DNA of 44,024 nucleotides from a virus (lineage: Duplodnaviria > Caudoviricetes): positions 1 to 44,024 of the IMG/VR virus record IMGVR_UViG_3300037308_000576; one strand, 5' to 3'. Shown piece by piece: positions 16,953 to 27,698 of the stretch. Each line of letters opens with the position of its first letter. Within the stretch, counting starts at the first letter, position 1. Below the pieces are notes generated by a model. The model had not been told where the DNA came from. It made no database searches and saw nothing but the letters and a program-made list of their open reading frames with translations. A program made the translations under genes and the position numbers.

Positions 16953-18611
16953 ATGCCAAATATTCCGGAATATTTAATCAGAGAGTCTATACCAATTTCC
17001 ACCGGCGCTCCTCTGGCCAATGACTTTGACCCGGCTGCAAGGGAATTGATGAACTTTGGCGACCGGATGTTGGCTAGGGCTGAGCAGTTTTCGCGTCAGA
17101 TGGATACGGTCCGTGCCGCTAGGGCCGTTAATTCGTTTAAGGATGAAGAGCGCTCTTTTCTGGTGGAATCCAAACAGCGGATGGGGATGGACGCCGAAGG
17201 GGTGACCGATCAGGGAAAGGAATTTTACGCTAAAAGTCAAGAAAAGTATGGTAAAGGTTTATCAGCCGGCGCGTCGTTGTTGTACACTGCCCAGATGGCC
17301 TCTTTAAAGGATAATGGCATTGATTCACTGGCCGCGCATGAATCAGCGCAGATGAAAGCCGCAAGAACCGATACGATTGAGAAATCATTTACTGCTATCA
17401 GGGACGATACGGTTGCTGGAAAGTATGAGACACCTGATAAGCTGGAGGAAGCAGTCGAACAACACGTGCTGTTAATGGATACCCTTTTTCCTGGGGAAGG
17501 GCACGATGCCGCTGCTGCTAAGGTAAGGGCGCAGTCCTATAAGCTATATATTGAACAGACCGCTATCCACAGTCCGGAAATGATTCCAGGGTTGGTGGCC
17601 AGATGGCAGGGTAAGGTTGACGCTAAGGATTTATGGGAAGGCAAAAATTTGGCCGAGCAGGTTATGTCCGAGAGAAACATGGGTGCTGCTTATGAGTCTC
17701 TGGTGACGCAATTCGGCACTAATCATAACAAAATGATTTTAACGGCGATGGACCCAAGGTGGGGGCGCTCTAATGGCTTAACTTTTAAGGCGCAGCGCCA
17801 GCTTGTGGAGTCATTAAAGGCTGACCGCAGCAATTACGAGCACGTGGAAGACAGGAAAGAGACGCTATATAGAAGGTCCCAGGCCCAGGTGGGATTGGAC
17901 ACCTATTTAAAATACTATAAAGGTGAATTGTCGGTTGACGAATTACATCGTAGGGCTTCCAGGGGAATGATAGATCGTGAAACGTTAAGCGGGATTCAAT
18001 CATTGATGAAGCAGGCTAAGGATGCTGAAATTCGTGGTCCTAAAATTGATAATCCGTTTGCGGTGCATGATGCGTATGAAATGATGAAACGGGACGATCC
18101 GGAATTTGAATCCAAGTTAAAAATCGGTATGGATGCCGGGTCCATTAAACCGGAAACGGCGGAGAAACTTCTGCAGCAGCGTTCTGATCAAAGATTCAAA
18201 AATGCTTTTAATTACATTGATGACATATTAAAACCTGGCGTTTTCGACAAATATTCACCGGACATTAGGGTGCGCTATGGCGAGGCAATGGACCTACTGT
18301 ATAAGGAGTTGGCCAGGCCGGAAAACAAAGATCGTCTTCCGTTGGACGTGGCAAAGGAAGTTGGCAATAGGTATGTTGGCGATTTGACGAGGACCATTAT
18401 AGGGCTTCCGGCCCCAAAAGGATTTACCGGCGACCGTGAGTCGGTGGCGGACATCCAAGCCCATCGCGCCAAGCTTGCCGAAGAGATCAGGAACGGAAAG
18501 ATCAGCAGAGAAGAGGCTGATTTCGAAGCCGTTTTGCTCGAACGGCACCTGCAATTGGCCAGGGAACTGGAAGATATGAGAAAGAAGGTGCAGGCGGGAG
18601 GGAAAAAATAA
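16953..18611 (+). CDS. Internal virion (ejection) protein, gp15-like
   Basis: MPNIPEY start; helical composition; synteny. Confidence 0.7.
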   Translation: MPNIPEYLIRESIPISTGAPLANDFDPAARELMNFGDRMLARAEQFSRQMDTVRAARAVNSFKDEERSFLVESKQRMGMDAEGVTDQGKEFYAKSQEKYGKGLSAGASLLYTAQMASLKDNGIDSLAAHESAQMKAARTDTIEKSFTAIRDDTVAGKYETPDKLEEAVEQHVLLMDTLFPGEGHDAAAAKVRAQSYKLYIEQTAIHSPEMIPGLVARWQGKVDAKDLWEGKNLAEQVMSERNMGAAYESLVTQFGTNHNKMILTAMDPRWGRSNGLTFKAQRQLVESLKADRSNYEHVEDRKETLYRRSQAQVGLDTYLKYYKGELSVDELHRRASRGMIDRETLSGIQSLMKQAKDAEIRGPKIDNPFAVHDAYEMMKRDDPEFESKLKIGMDAGSIKPETAEKLLQQRSDQRFKNAFNYIDDILKPGVFDKYSPDIRVRYGEAMDLLYKELARPENKDRLPLDVAKEVGNRYVGDLTRTIIGLPAPKGFTGDRESVADIQAHRAKLAEEIRNGKISREEADFEAVLLERHLQLARELEDMRKKVQAGGKK

Positions 18612-18612
18612 C

Positions 18613-21600
18613 ATGTTTAATTTGGATAAAGTTTCGCAAGATCCGGAACAGGAAAACATTGAAGCCCCTTACAAACAAAAGATGCAAATCTTGTCCGATC
18701 TTGACTCCCCAACAGCGCGGCTGTTGTCCGAATTCGGGGAGGGGTCAACTCCAGCGGCCCCCGATAAGGACCTGAAATCGGGATCGACGTCCGCGCAGGT
18801 TCCGCCTCAGGCCACCCCACCTGAGGCGGAACCAACCATTTCCAGCGATGCCCCTGAACCCGCCAACCCTCGTAGGGACATTGGCGCGGTGATGCAGGGG
18901 TTTGGGTGGCTTGTGCGCCCTTTAGGTGCTATTCAAGAAGCCGCTATCGCGCCGATAGTCAAAAAAGACTATAAATCGGATACTTTTTTCGGTAAGACCG
19001 CCGAAGCGTTTGGGGAATCGTTTAAGGCACTTATTGGCGGGCTTTTTCCCAAGTTGGGAGAAACCCGGCCAGATTATGAGGAGACATTACTCAAAGATCT
19101 TAATCTGGACAATATGCACCCAGTCATTAAGGAAACGGCGAAAGCCGCCATTCAAGTCATATCCGATCCAGCCGCTGCAACTTTGCCGTTTAAAAAAGTT
19201 TTGACTGAGTCCATCAAAAGGATGCAAGTGACAGGCGATCGCCCAGGGCTTTTTCGTGGGGCCGTTGAGGAAGTGCTGTCATATTTACCTACTAAACCGG
19301 AAGAAACTAATGCGTTACTTGAATTAGCCAAAAAAGCCGATGCTGGTGATGTTGCGGCTGGAAAGGAATTGGCTTCGAAAATAGTTAAATCGGAACATAA
19401 ATTTGCAGATGATGTAGCCGGGCAAATAAACGAAGCTACTGGATACGATAAGCGTCCAGTGGTTGACATCATTAAAGATGAACCACATGCGCTGCTCGAT
19501 AAGAAAAAATATGGCATCAATGCTGACATTCCGGTGAAACCGGACATTGATTGGATTCAGCCGGAACATGTGGTGCGGACCGGAATCCGCACGGCTGAGG
19601 ACGGTAAAATTTTTGAAGGCGCGGCCCATGCCGATGCGGCTGGCTCCATGTTGGATTATATGGAGACCAGTGGAAAAATGTATAATTGGAACAGTGTTGA
19701 AAAGGGGTTCCTGACTAATACCGGTAGATTTATCAGCCTTGAAGAAGCGAGGTCCCTTGGGGTAAATCGTTCGGTGGACATTGCGGACACCAAACCAACG
19801 CTGCATTTCAATGATAGGTTTACTGACTTTGCCGAAATGGCGAAGAAATACGACGATTTAAAGCCTGGACATTACATTGTCGATAAAATGATCATCATTA
19901 AGAACGATGACGGGTCCATTCAGAGGGTCAGGAACCGAGAATTGTGGACCGATCCGGTAACGAAAAAAGAGGTCCTCCGCCCTGCATTCACGCTACAACA
20001 GATGGCGGAAAACCCACGGCACGGCAACAAAAAGTACGGTGCCATTGAAAGGCAAATGAATAAGGATCTTGTATCGGAGAAGTTAAAATCCGGGGATTAT
20101 ACCCCCGGCATGGCTATTCGATCGACCACCACTTCCGAATTGGAATACCTCATTCGAAACAGGAAACTTAGGGTGTCGGAGGAGCATGGCATCATCCACG
20201 CCACTCCGTTAACCGGTGGGTTGTCGCCTCCGGCTTACGGTAACATTGAAAAACACCATTTATTCGTGGTAGTGCCGGAAAAGTACACGCAAACCATTCC
20301 AGATGCTCGTGCTGTAGAGACAGCCATATCGCTTAAGGCTCCAGTTGAGGATATGAAGTTCATTGCCGGTGGGCGTGAATATACTTTTGATGAGATCGCT
20401 AAATTGAGGGCCGGTAGAGAGGTGCCGTTTCCGGAAATCAGGACCATCGAGGAGGCCACTTCGTTCGGGTTGGCTATGAAGTCCCATCCGAGCGGATCTA
20501 AAATGGCCGACGATTTAGTTGGCGCCATAGAATCAGCTAAGATTCAGCAAAGGATTGCCAATGTTGGTGGTGAGAGGAATAGGGCACTTGAATTGTCCCT
20601 TAAGATCCAGGCCATGGAGGATGCCATGGAAGCCTATAAAGGGACTTCTGTCGTGAAGAAGGTCGAAAAGGGCGACGTATTGATAGACCCTAACGTGAAT
20701 GTAAAAGATTTAAAATTTATCGTTGATGGGAAGGAGTATACTTTTAACCAGTTGGTATTGAAATGGAACGAAAGGCCATTGTTGAGATCCATTTCGGAAA
20801 GGTACATTAAAACTGAAGTGGAGCGCGGCCAACGTAGGGCGTACAATATTAATTTCAATTACATTAAAACTACTGATGATATTGAGGCCGCCATCACTAA
20901 GACCGCTGCTTTTTGGCCGCAGGAAATGTTTTCAGCCGCCAGGGGTGTGGTTTCACACCAGGAGACGCTTGAATTGGCGCAAGTGTGCGGTGTTTCACCT
21001 GAAGTGTTGTTAAAGAGGATGGAGGGTCAAACGTATAACGCCCAGGAACTAGTAGCTGCTAGGCAACTTCTCGTTTCCTCCGCTGAGCGCCTTGAAAGTA
21101 TGGCGTTCAAATTGAAATCTGGAATGGCCACTGATTTGGAGAAGTTTCAATTCAAAAGGCAGCTTGGTGTCCATTACGCCATTCAGTCTCAGGTGACCGG
21201 TGCCGTGGCCGAAGCTGGTAGGGCGTTAAACGCGATGAAGATAGAAGCTGCTTCGACCACTGAACGTTTAAAAATGATTGACGATTTTATGAAGGCTGGC
21301 ACGGACGGCATGAGTATCGATGCCATGGCCGATGCTATCATTTCGATGAAGGGGGATTTGAATAAAATATCGGGATGGGCAGCAAAGCAAGGCCAGGTGA
21401 AATCCAGTCATATGTTTTTGGAAGCTTGGATCAATGGCCTGTTGTCGGGGCCGGTGACGCACATGGCCAATATCATTTCCAATTCCTTGACCATTGCGTG
21501 GATGATACCGGAACGGATGTTCGCGGCTGGATGGGCGTTGGCCTTTAAAAGTGATACTCAGTTTCGTGAATCCGTAGAAATGTTATATGGGTTGATGGAG

Positions 21601-23175
21601 GGGTTTAAAGACGGTTTCCATTCGTTTGGACGCACTATCATGACCGGTGAAAGCATCGATCCGATGACCAAATTGGAGATGACAAATTTTCAAGCCATCA
21701 CTTCTGATAACATCAGGAAAATGAGTTCAACAGCCTCCAAATGGATCAAAGAAGGGGGGTCGGTGGCTCAGGGCATCGATCTGCTTGGCAGCGCAGTTCG
21801 GTCCCCAGGAAGGCTATTGACGGCTGAGGATTCATTCTTTAAAACGATAGGATATCGTATGGAACTTCGCCGTTTGTCGTATAAGCAAGCGGTGTCGGAA
21901 GGCCTTCAGGATAGCGGTGCTGTGGCAAACCGCATAGCCGAAATCATGACGATGCCGGAAAGGTTTGCTCCAGATTTACATCTTGCCGCCATCGACGCCG
22001 CGAGGTACATGACATATACCAATTCGCTCGGTGACGTTGGCCGATCAATTCAGAACGTTGCCGGTAAGCATCCTGTTTTCAGGGTGGTGTTGCCGTTCAT
22101 CCGTACTCCTACTAATATTTTAAAGTTTACACTTGAACGTTCGCCCATGGCCCCGTTCATGCCGTCATGGAGAAAAGCTTTTAAGGCCGGTGGGGCTGAA
22201 CGTGATCTGGCCATGGCCAAATTGAGCCTTGGGTCCATGGTCATGGGGGCAGCCGCCATGATGACCGCGAACGGCCACATTACCGGAGGGGGGCCGGTGG
22301 ATCCAGATATGCGCAATATCAAACGCAACACTGGGTGGGTGCCGTATTCGATAAAGATAGGAGATCAGTATTATTCTTATAATAGGCTTGAACCCATAGG
22401 TATGGTGTTGGGTCTTGCGGCTGACGTGGTCGAAATATGTGGCCAGATCGGTGAAGTTGAAGCATCTGAATTGGCCGCTGCTGCTGTAATTGCAATGTCT
22501 AAGAACACGACCAGTAAGACCTGGTTAAAGGGCATGTCGGAGGCGTTAAGGGCATGGGGCGATCCGGACATCTATGCCGTAAAGTATATACATAACTTTG
22601 TCGCATCGTTGGTGCCAGCCGGGTTGTCCCAAATTGAACGTGCCATTGATCCGGAAATATCAGCCGTGTATTCGATGATGGACGCGATCAAACAAAGGGT
22701 CCCCGGTTGGAGTAGGAGCCTCTATCCGAGGCGCAATATCTGGGGTGAACCGATTGTCCCCCCTGAGGGGTGGGGTCCGGATATTCTTTCCCCAATATAT
22801 ACCAATTCTAAGACTCATTCTTCTATAGATGAGGAGTTAATTCGGTTGAAGATGCCAATAGGGATGCCGAAGAAAGTTATCAGTATCGAGGGAGTTGACG
22901 TCGATCTGGAATCGGATGGCGGCAAAAAATATGATAAATATATAACGACTATGAACCAGATTAGGCTGCCTTCCACTGGCAAACCGTTAAAAATGAGCTT
23001 AGATGAGATGGTAATCAGGGACTCTACTTATAGGAGGGCCAGTGACGATATTAAAGAATTGATGATCAGTGCCTTATTGAGTGAGGCCAAAGATTTAGCC
23101 AAACAAGTTTTAAAGCGTGAATTTTCCGATATAAATCTTACCATTAAACAGGGACACATGGAGAAGGCGAAATGA
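18613..23175 (+). CDS. Large internal virion (ejection) protein, polyvalent, with LPD38-like C-terminus
   Basis: 1520 aa; NGLLSGP.TH..N, LPFIRTPTNI, ITGGGP...GWVPYSIKIGDQYYSYNRLEPIG. Confidence 0.8.
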   Translation: MFNLDKVSQDPEQENIEAPYKQKMQILSDLDSPTARLLSEFGEGSTPAAPDKDLKSGSTSAQVPPQATPPEAEPTISSDAPEPANPRRDIGAVMQGFGWLVRPLGAIQEAAIAPIVKKDYKSDTFFGKTAEAFGESFKALIGGLFPKLGETRPDYEETLLKDLNLDNMHPVIKETAKAAIQVISDPAAATLPFKKVLTESIKRMQVTGDRPGLFRGAVEEVLSYLPTKPEETNALLELAKKADAGDVAAGKELASKIVKSEHKFADDVAGQINEATGYDKRPVVDIIKDEPHALLDKKKYGINADIPVKPDIDWIQPEHVVRTGIRTAEDGKIFEGAAHADAAGSMLDYMETSGKMYNWNSVEKGFLTNTGRFISLEEARSLGVNRSVDIADTKPTLHFNDRFTDFAEMAKKYDDLKPGHYIVDKMIIIKNDDGSIQRVRNRELWTDPVTKKEVLRPAFTLQQMAENPRHGNKKYGAIERQMNKDLVSEKLKSGDYTPGMAIRSTTTSELEYLIRNRKLRVSEEHGIIHATPLTGGLSPPAYGNIEKHHLFVVVPEKYTQTIPDARAVETAISLKAPVEDMKFIAGGREYTFDEIAKLRAGREVPFPEIRTIEEATSFGLAMKSHPSGSKMADDLVGAIESAKIQQRIANVGGERNRALELSLKIQAMEDAMEAYKGTSVVKKVEKGDVLIDPNVNVKDLKFIVDGKEYTFNQLVLKWNERPLLRSISERYIKTEVERGQRRAYNINFNYIKTTDDIEAAITKTAAFWPQEMFSAARGVVSHQETLELAQVCGVSPEVLLKRMEGQTYNAQELVAARQLLVSSAERLESMAFKLKSGMATDLEKFQFKRQLGVHYAIQSQVTGAVAEAGRALNAMKIEAASTTERLKMIDDFMKAGTDGMSIDAMADAIISMKGDLNKISGWAAKQGQVKSSHMFLEAWINGLLSGPVTHMANIISNSLTIAWMIPERMFAAGWALAFKSDTQFRESVEMLYGLMEGFKDGFHSFGRTIMTGESIDPMTKLEMTNFQAITSDNIRKMSSTASKWIKEGGSVAQGIDLLGSAVRSPGRLLTAEDSFFKTIGYRMELRRLSYKQAVSEGLQDSGAVANRIAEIMTMPERFAPDLHLAAIDAARYMTYTNSLGDVGRSIQNVAGKHPVFRVVLPFIRTPTNILKFTLERSPMAPFMPSWRKAFKAGGAERDLAMAKLSLGSMVMGAAAMMTANGHITGGGPVDPDMRNIKRNTGWVPYSIKIGDQYYSYNRLEPIGMVLGLAADVVEICGQIGEVEASELAAAAVIAMSKNTTSKTWLKGMSEALRAWGDPDIYAVKYIHNFVASLVPAGLSQIERAIDPEISAVYSMMDAIKQRVPGWSRSLYPRRNIWGEPIVPPEGWGPDILSPIYTNSKTHSSIDEELIRLKMPIGMPKKVISIEGVDVDLESDGGKKYDKYITTMNQIRLPSTGKPLKMSLDEMVIRDSTYRRASDDIKELMISALLSEAKDLAKQVLKREFSDINLTIKQGHMEKAK

Positions 23176-24896
23176 CCATTGAATCCACGACCAATAAAAT
23201 TATTTATGATTGTAATGGTTCGGCCACGGTATTCTCATTCCCATATTACTTTTTTCAGAACGCCGATCTTAAAGTGTATTTATACAATGAATTGACTGAG
23301 GAAGAAACATTACTTACTATCACCACCCATTATACGGTGACCGGGGCGGGAAACCTCGCCGGCGGCTCCATCACTACGGTATCGACATACAGTGCTGATT
23401 ACAAAATCATTATCCTTCGTGAAGTCGCCATTACTCAGGGTTATGATCACGTTGATAATGAAGCCTTTCAAGCTGAAAGTCTGGAGGCCGTGTACGACAG
23501 ATTAACCATGATAGCGCAGCAGCTTTCCGAGAAGATCAATAGGTCGATTCTGTTGCCGGTTACGAGTCTGATTTCTGGGCTGTCGGTGCCAGATCCCCAA
23601 GCAAATAAGGTTCTGGCGTGGAACGCCGCTGCTGATGCCCTCGTGAACGGGCCTACGGCAAATGACATTGCTAGTGCGCAATCGTACGCGGCGACGGCAG
23701 CGGCGGACGCAGCGGCGGCAGATGCTTCGGCTGATGCCGCCGCTGCGTCAGCCTCTACCATAGACTTGCCATCGAAAAGTACAACTGACGTTGATCTGGC
23801 GTTAGTGGTTAACGATGCCGGTGAGTACGAATTCGTTTACCCTGGGCGTCGATCGGTGATCATTAACGGTGACATGGATGTGTGCCAGCGTCATGGGTCT
23901 GGGGGCAGTCAGGCTGTCAATGCTGATGGAACGGTATACCATGGGCCTGACCGTTTCAGTGCTACTATAGTCTCCGGTATGGCAGTAACGGCAAACATCC
24001 ATCATTCGACGACCGTGCCGACTGGAAAATTTGGGCATTCGTGTCGGTTGGAGATCACGGGGGCTGATACGTCTATCGGGGCAGATGACCGTGTCCGTCT
24101 CCGTTATGTGATCATGGGCTATGACATTCGTAAACTTATGGGGCGCTATTGCTGTTTGCAGTTTTTGGTGCGCAGTGGGATCACTGGAATCCATTGTGTT
24201 TCTTTTCGCAATAATGGCATTGACAGAAGTTTAATTAAGGAATACACGATTAATGCCGCCAACACTTGGCAATTAGTTGAGGTTCCTTTCCAAATGCATG
24301 ACGGCCAATCGGGAACATGGAATTTTACTTATGAGGCGGGCATCTATATCGATTGGACGCTCGCCGCCGGTAGCAATTGGCATGCGACCAAGGACGCCTG
24401 GCAGTCAACCGATAAAGTGGCAACTTCAGCCCAGGTGAATGGGGTGGCTTCGACACATGATTTTTATCTTAAAGAGGTCCAGTTATGTATCGGCAAACAG
24501 GCATCGGATTTTGAGCGCTTGCCGTTTAACGATACGCTTAAATTATGTGAGCAGTACTATGAAAAGACTTATGACCATGACACGCCGCCAGGAACTGCGA
24601 CGGCTGTTTATGGTGGCGTCAGGTTCCGCCTGACTGCGTTGCCGTCAGCGAGTTACAGCACTGCGCTTAATTTTCCGTTCAAAACGCGCAAGAGAGCGAT
24701 CCCATCGGTTACGGTTTACAGCACAAATAGCGGAGCGTCCGGATACGCATATGATTCCATCGCCACTGCCGCTGACGTCGCTGCAACGTCAGCGATGGTG
24801 GGCGAAACGAGTGCCGTCTTCACCGCAACGACAAGTGCATCAAAATCAGCTTGCGATATCCGTGCCCATATCGTCGCTAATGCTGAATTCCCTTAA
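23172..24896 (+). CDS. Tail fibre / receptor-binding protein
   Basis: T7-gp17-like anchor (NGSATVFSFPY...DRLTMIAQQ); Ala-rich linker; IINGDMDVCQR...CEQYYEK carbohydrate-binding-like region. Confidence 0.85.
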   Translation: MTIESTTNKIIYDCNGSATVFSFPYYFFQNADLKVYLYNELTEEETLLTITTHYTVTGAGNLAGGSITTVSTYSADYKIIILREVAITQGYDHVDNEAFQAESLEAVYDRLTMIAQQLSEKINRSILLPVTSLISGLSVPDPQANKVLAWNAAADALVNGPTANDIASAQSYAATAAADAAAADASADAAAASASTIDLPSKSTTDVDLALVVNDAGEYEFVYPGRRSVIINGDMDVCQRHGSGGSQAVNADGTVYHGPDRFSATIVSGMAVTANIHHSTTVPTGKFGHSCRLEITGADTSIGADDRVRLRYVIMGYDIRKLMGRYCCLQFLVRSGITGIHCVSFRNNGIDRSLIKEYTINAANTWQLVEVPFQMHDGQSGTWNFTYEAGIYIDWTLAAGSNWHATKDAWQSTDKVATSAQVNGVASTHDFYLKEVQLCIGKQASDFERLPFNDTLKLCEQYYEKTYDHDTPPGTATAVYGGVRFRLTALPSASYSTALNFPFKTRKRAIPSVTVYSTNSGASGYAYDSIATAADVAATSAMVGETSAVFTATTSASKSACDIRAHIVANAEFP

Positions 24897-24906
24897 GGAT
24901 TTAACC

Positions 24907-25185
24907 ATGAGCAAAAACAAAAAAGATGAATTTGAAGAATTAATCAAGCGTTGGCCAACCGCCAGTTGGGATTGGCGCATGCGCAATCTTGAAAATTTGA
25001 TTGATGACCCTATCGATAAATTTAAAGAATGGCTCCATGGTCATCCATTGCCATTTGGGTATGAACTTAACATTAGTTTTGCAATGAAAAACAGGCCAAC
25101 TACTTGGGACGTTATACGTAAACGTGGAGATTACCCAAATGAAGACCCGGAAGATCTCCCTGGCGGGATGGAGAATAAAAATTGA
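24907..25185 (+). CDS. Hypothetical protein (92 aa), possible fibre chaperone
   Basis: ATG 24907 with SD AAGGA, directly after the fibre gene. Confidence 0.6.
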   Translation: MSKNKKDEFEELIKRWPTASWDWRMRNLENLIDDPIDKFKEWLHGHPLPFGYELNISFAMKNRPTTWDVIRKRGDYPNEDPEDLPGGMENKN

Positions 25186-25583
25186 TTGAATGGATTACGA
25201 CTCATTGGCAGATTATAACGTTCATGATTTCTTGCACTGCTGGTGGCGCTGTGGCGTTCCTGGTGGTGATGAAAGTGAAAGTACCTAACTTGGAAAGGAG
25301 GATCGTTGATGTTGAGAAAAAATTATCGGATCAATCCATGAGGATCTCCGATGCTAATGGGGCGTTGAAGTTCATATTGAGAGAGGAGTGCCATGATATG
25401 AGACATTCATGTGCATTGGGTATGGAACAAGACTTCAAAGCTGGAACGTCTGTCATGGAACGGTTGAGATTGGCAATAGAGGAATTGGCTAGAGTCCAGC
25501 AAAACAATCGGACTTTACAAATCGGATTCATGAGCGCGGTGAAAGAACGGTTAGATCTAAAATTTGATGTGCCAAATGAATAG
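25182..25583 (+). CDS. Membrane-anchored coiled-coil protein (possible lysis accessory)
   Basis: TTG start with SD GGAG; one N-terminal TM segment followed by a coiled coil. Confidence 0.6.
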   Translation: MIEWITTHWQIITFMISCTAGGAVAFLVVMKVKVPNLERRIVDVEKKLSDQSMRISDANGALKFILREECHDMRHSCALGMEQDFKAGTSVMERLRLAIEELARVQQNNRTLQIGFMSAVKERLDLKFDVPNE

Positions 25584-25593
25584 GAGGTAACAC

Positions 25594-25785
25594 ATGATCG
25601 CGGAATTTCGCATGATTATCACTGGGACCTTTGTCAACGCAGCGGATCGTGATGCTGCATACAACGCAATGAAGACAAACATCCAAACTTACAACACCAA
25701 CAACCCAGGCAAGTTGAAGCGGGCCGACATGACCAGGGACGATTACTTCATCCCTGACGGGAATGCGACCGAAAAGGTTGTCTAA
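25594..25785 (+). CDS. Hypothetical protein (63 aa)
   Basis: Strong SD AGGAGG; stop overlaps the next start. Confidence 0.7.
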   Translation: MIAEFRMIITGTFVNAADRDAAYNAMKTNIQTYNTNNPGKLKRADMTRDDYFIPDGNATEKVV

Positions 25786-26513
25786 TGGCCATTCAATGGT
25801 TTGGAGAGTGCTCTTCGGACGGCAGCAATCCTGGGGGCGGTTCATGGGATTCAATATCCGGCAATCAATCCATTTGGAACTATAACCGTTCTTATACTTG
25901 TCCCGGTAGCGGCACGATGTTGGTGCGCCGGATGCAATGTTATGTTCAAAACGCCGATGATGGTGGGCTTCGGTTGGGGATCTATGACAATTCAGGCAAC
26001 AGGGTGCACCAATATGGCCCATACGACCCCAACAGCGAAGTTTCTGGGTGGCAAGGATATTCCTATGATGCTGGAACGGATCAATTAACTGGAGGCGCTT
26101 CTTACCGCTTTTGGTTTTTCGGCAATAGTTACGATGGATATTACCTTAGCGGGTCTACCGGTGATGTAAGATATGATACAAATGATTATTCAAGCGGCCT
26201 GCCAAGCACCTTGCCAAGCGGTACTGATTGGACCGGGCGGTACATGTTCCGCTGCGGCGTCGAGGAGCAATCGACGGGAATACTTGAACAAGAAGGCTTT
26301 CGCTTTCGCAACGACGATGGCAGCGAATCCGCCGCAACATGGAAGGCAGCGCAAGACACCAATATCAATTTGGCGGCGGCGACAGTGACCAGACTGCGGT
26401 TCTTAATCAATGCCACCGGAGATCCGACTGAGAGACAGTTTAAACTTGAATATCGGCACAAACCTTCCGGTGGGAGCTTTGGGATTTGGAAGCCGGTAAT
26501 CAATCCCCAATGA
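25785..26513 (+). CDS. Putative accessory virion protein (beta-rich; C-terminal FRFRNDDGSE module)
   Basis: Gly/Ser/Tyr-rich composition; lies in the structural operon. Confidence 0.65.
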   Translation: MAIQWFGECSSDGSNPGGGSWDSISGNQSIWNYNRSYTCPGSGTMLVRRMQCYVQNADDGGLRLGIYDNSGNRVHQYGPYDPNSEVSGWQGYSYDAGTDQLTGGASYRFWFFGNSYDGYYLSGSTGDVRYDTNDYSSGLPSTLPSGTDWTGRYMFRCGVEEQSTGILEQEGFRFRNDDGSESAATWKAAQDTNINLAAATVTRLRFLINATGDPTERQFKLEYRHKPSGGSFGIWKPVINPQ

Positions 26514-26521
26514 GGTGACAT

Positions 26522-27352
26522 ATGATTTCAGCCGGAAAATCAGGATTCAATTGGTGGTACAGCCTGCAGACCACTCCGTCGTCAACGCCGGGGGTGTCCG
26601 TTACGCCCGGTAGCGGATCGAAGGGGAGTTATGTGCAGCTTGCCAGTGGCGCGAACCTTGTGCGGGATTGCCATCTTATGCGCGTATGGGTGGTGGCCGG
26701 AAACACATCGGCTGCCATCCGCGACATCCTCATGGACATCGGGATCGACCCGAATGGCGGGACGAGCTACAGCCAGCTTGGCGGGATAAACAATATCTTT
26801 GTCCCGCAAGCCAGCAATGCCGTAGACGGTGGCCGGTGGTTTCTATTCCCGCTATTTATTAAGAATGGGAGTTCCGTCGGTGTGCGCGGCCAATCGAATG
26901 TCACAACCACGTTTCGGGTGGCTGCCTGGTTCTTTGGCCTTCCGGCGGCCCCGGAGAATGTTTTTTCTGGACAATATAGTGAAACGATCGGCGTGAGTGG
27001 AAACGGAGGAACCCCGTTCACTTGCGGAAACACCTCCGCTTGGGGGTCATGGACGTCCCTCGGTACGACAACGAGGCCCTGCTGGTATTGGACCCTTGCA
27101 TGGGGAAACAATGTCACTGTGACAACAAACCAAGGGTATTTTGCAGAGCTTGCCTACAGCCCCAACGGGACAAACATGATTACGATTATACCATGTTTGC
27201 CCATGTTTAATCCTGGGACGGCTGAGAAAAGCGGAAGCCCATCGATCCATGGAATGTGGCAGGTGCCAGCCGGGGGAACACTTTATGTGCGTGGAAGCGC
27301 ATCAGGCACGGCCGAGGGAACCGAGGCAGTCGCTATAGGGATAGGAGGCTAA
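26522..27352 (+). CDS. Putative accessory virion protein with an internal two-domain repeat
   Basis: VTPGSGSKGSYVQL...G.SVGVRGQS and FTCGNTSAWGSWTSL...GGTLYVRGSA halves. Confidence 0.65.
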   Translation: MISAGKSGFNWWYSLQTTPSSTPGVSVTPGSGSKGSYVQLASGANLVRDCHLMRVWVVAGNTSAAIRDILMDIGIDPNGGTSYSQLGGINNIFVPQASNAVDGGRWFLFPLFIKNGSSVGVRGQSNVTTTFRVAAWFFGLPAAPENVFSGQYSETIGVSGNGGTPFTCGNTSAWGSWTSLGTTTRPCWYWTLAWGNNVTVTTNQGYFAELAYSPNGTNMITIIPCLPMFNPGTAEKSGSPSIHGMWQVPAGGTLYVRGSASGTAEGTEAVAIGIGG

Positions 27353-27353
27353 A

Positions 27354-27698
27354 ATGGGAATCACTTTTACGAATGACAACGCGACAATCTCAAGCTCCGA
27401 ATACAGCTTGCCGAATGACGGAACGACGTTGACTCCGCAGACTACGGACGGGGTTTATCAATTTTTCGTTGATTTGTCTAATGTTTCGGCTGCTGATCAG
27501 TATCGACTTAGACTCTACGAAAAATGCGATGCTAGTGGAACGCAATGGTTGGTTGAAGAATGGATTTTTACAAACAACCAGAGCAAGCCGATATTTGTGT
27601 CCCCGTCATTTATCCTTGGAGAAGGGTGGGACTTTACCGTTACTAAGTTGTCTGGAACTGACCGAATTATCTTTTGGAGCATTCGTAGGGTGGCGTAA
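27354..27698 (+). CDS. Putative accessory virion protein (114 aa)
   Basis: SD GGAGG; beta-rich composition. Confidence 0.65.
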   Translation: MGITFTNDNATISSSEYSLPNDGTTLTPQTTDGVYQFFVDLSNVSAADQYRLRLYEKCDASGTQWLVEEWIFTNNQSKPIFVSPSFILGEGWDFTVTKLSGTDRIIFWSIRRVA

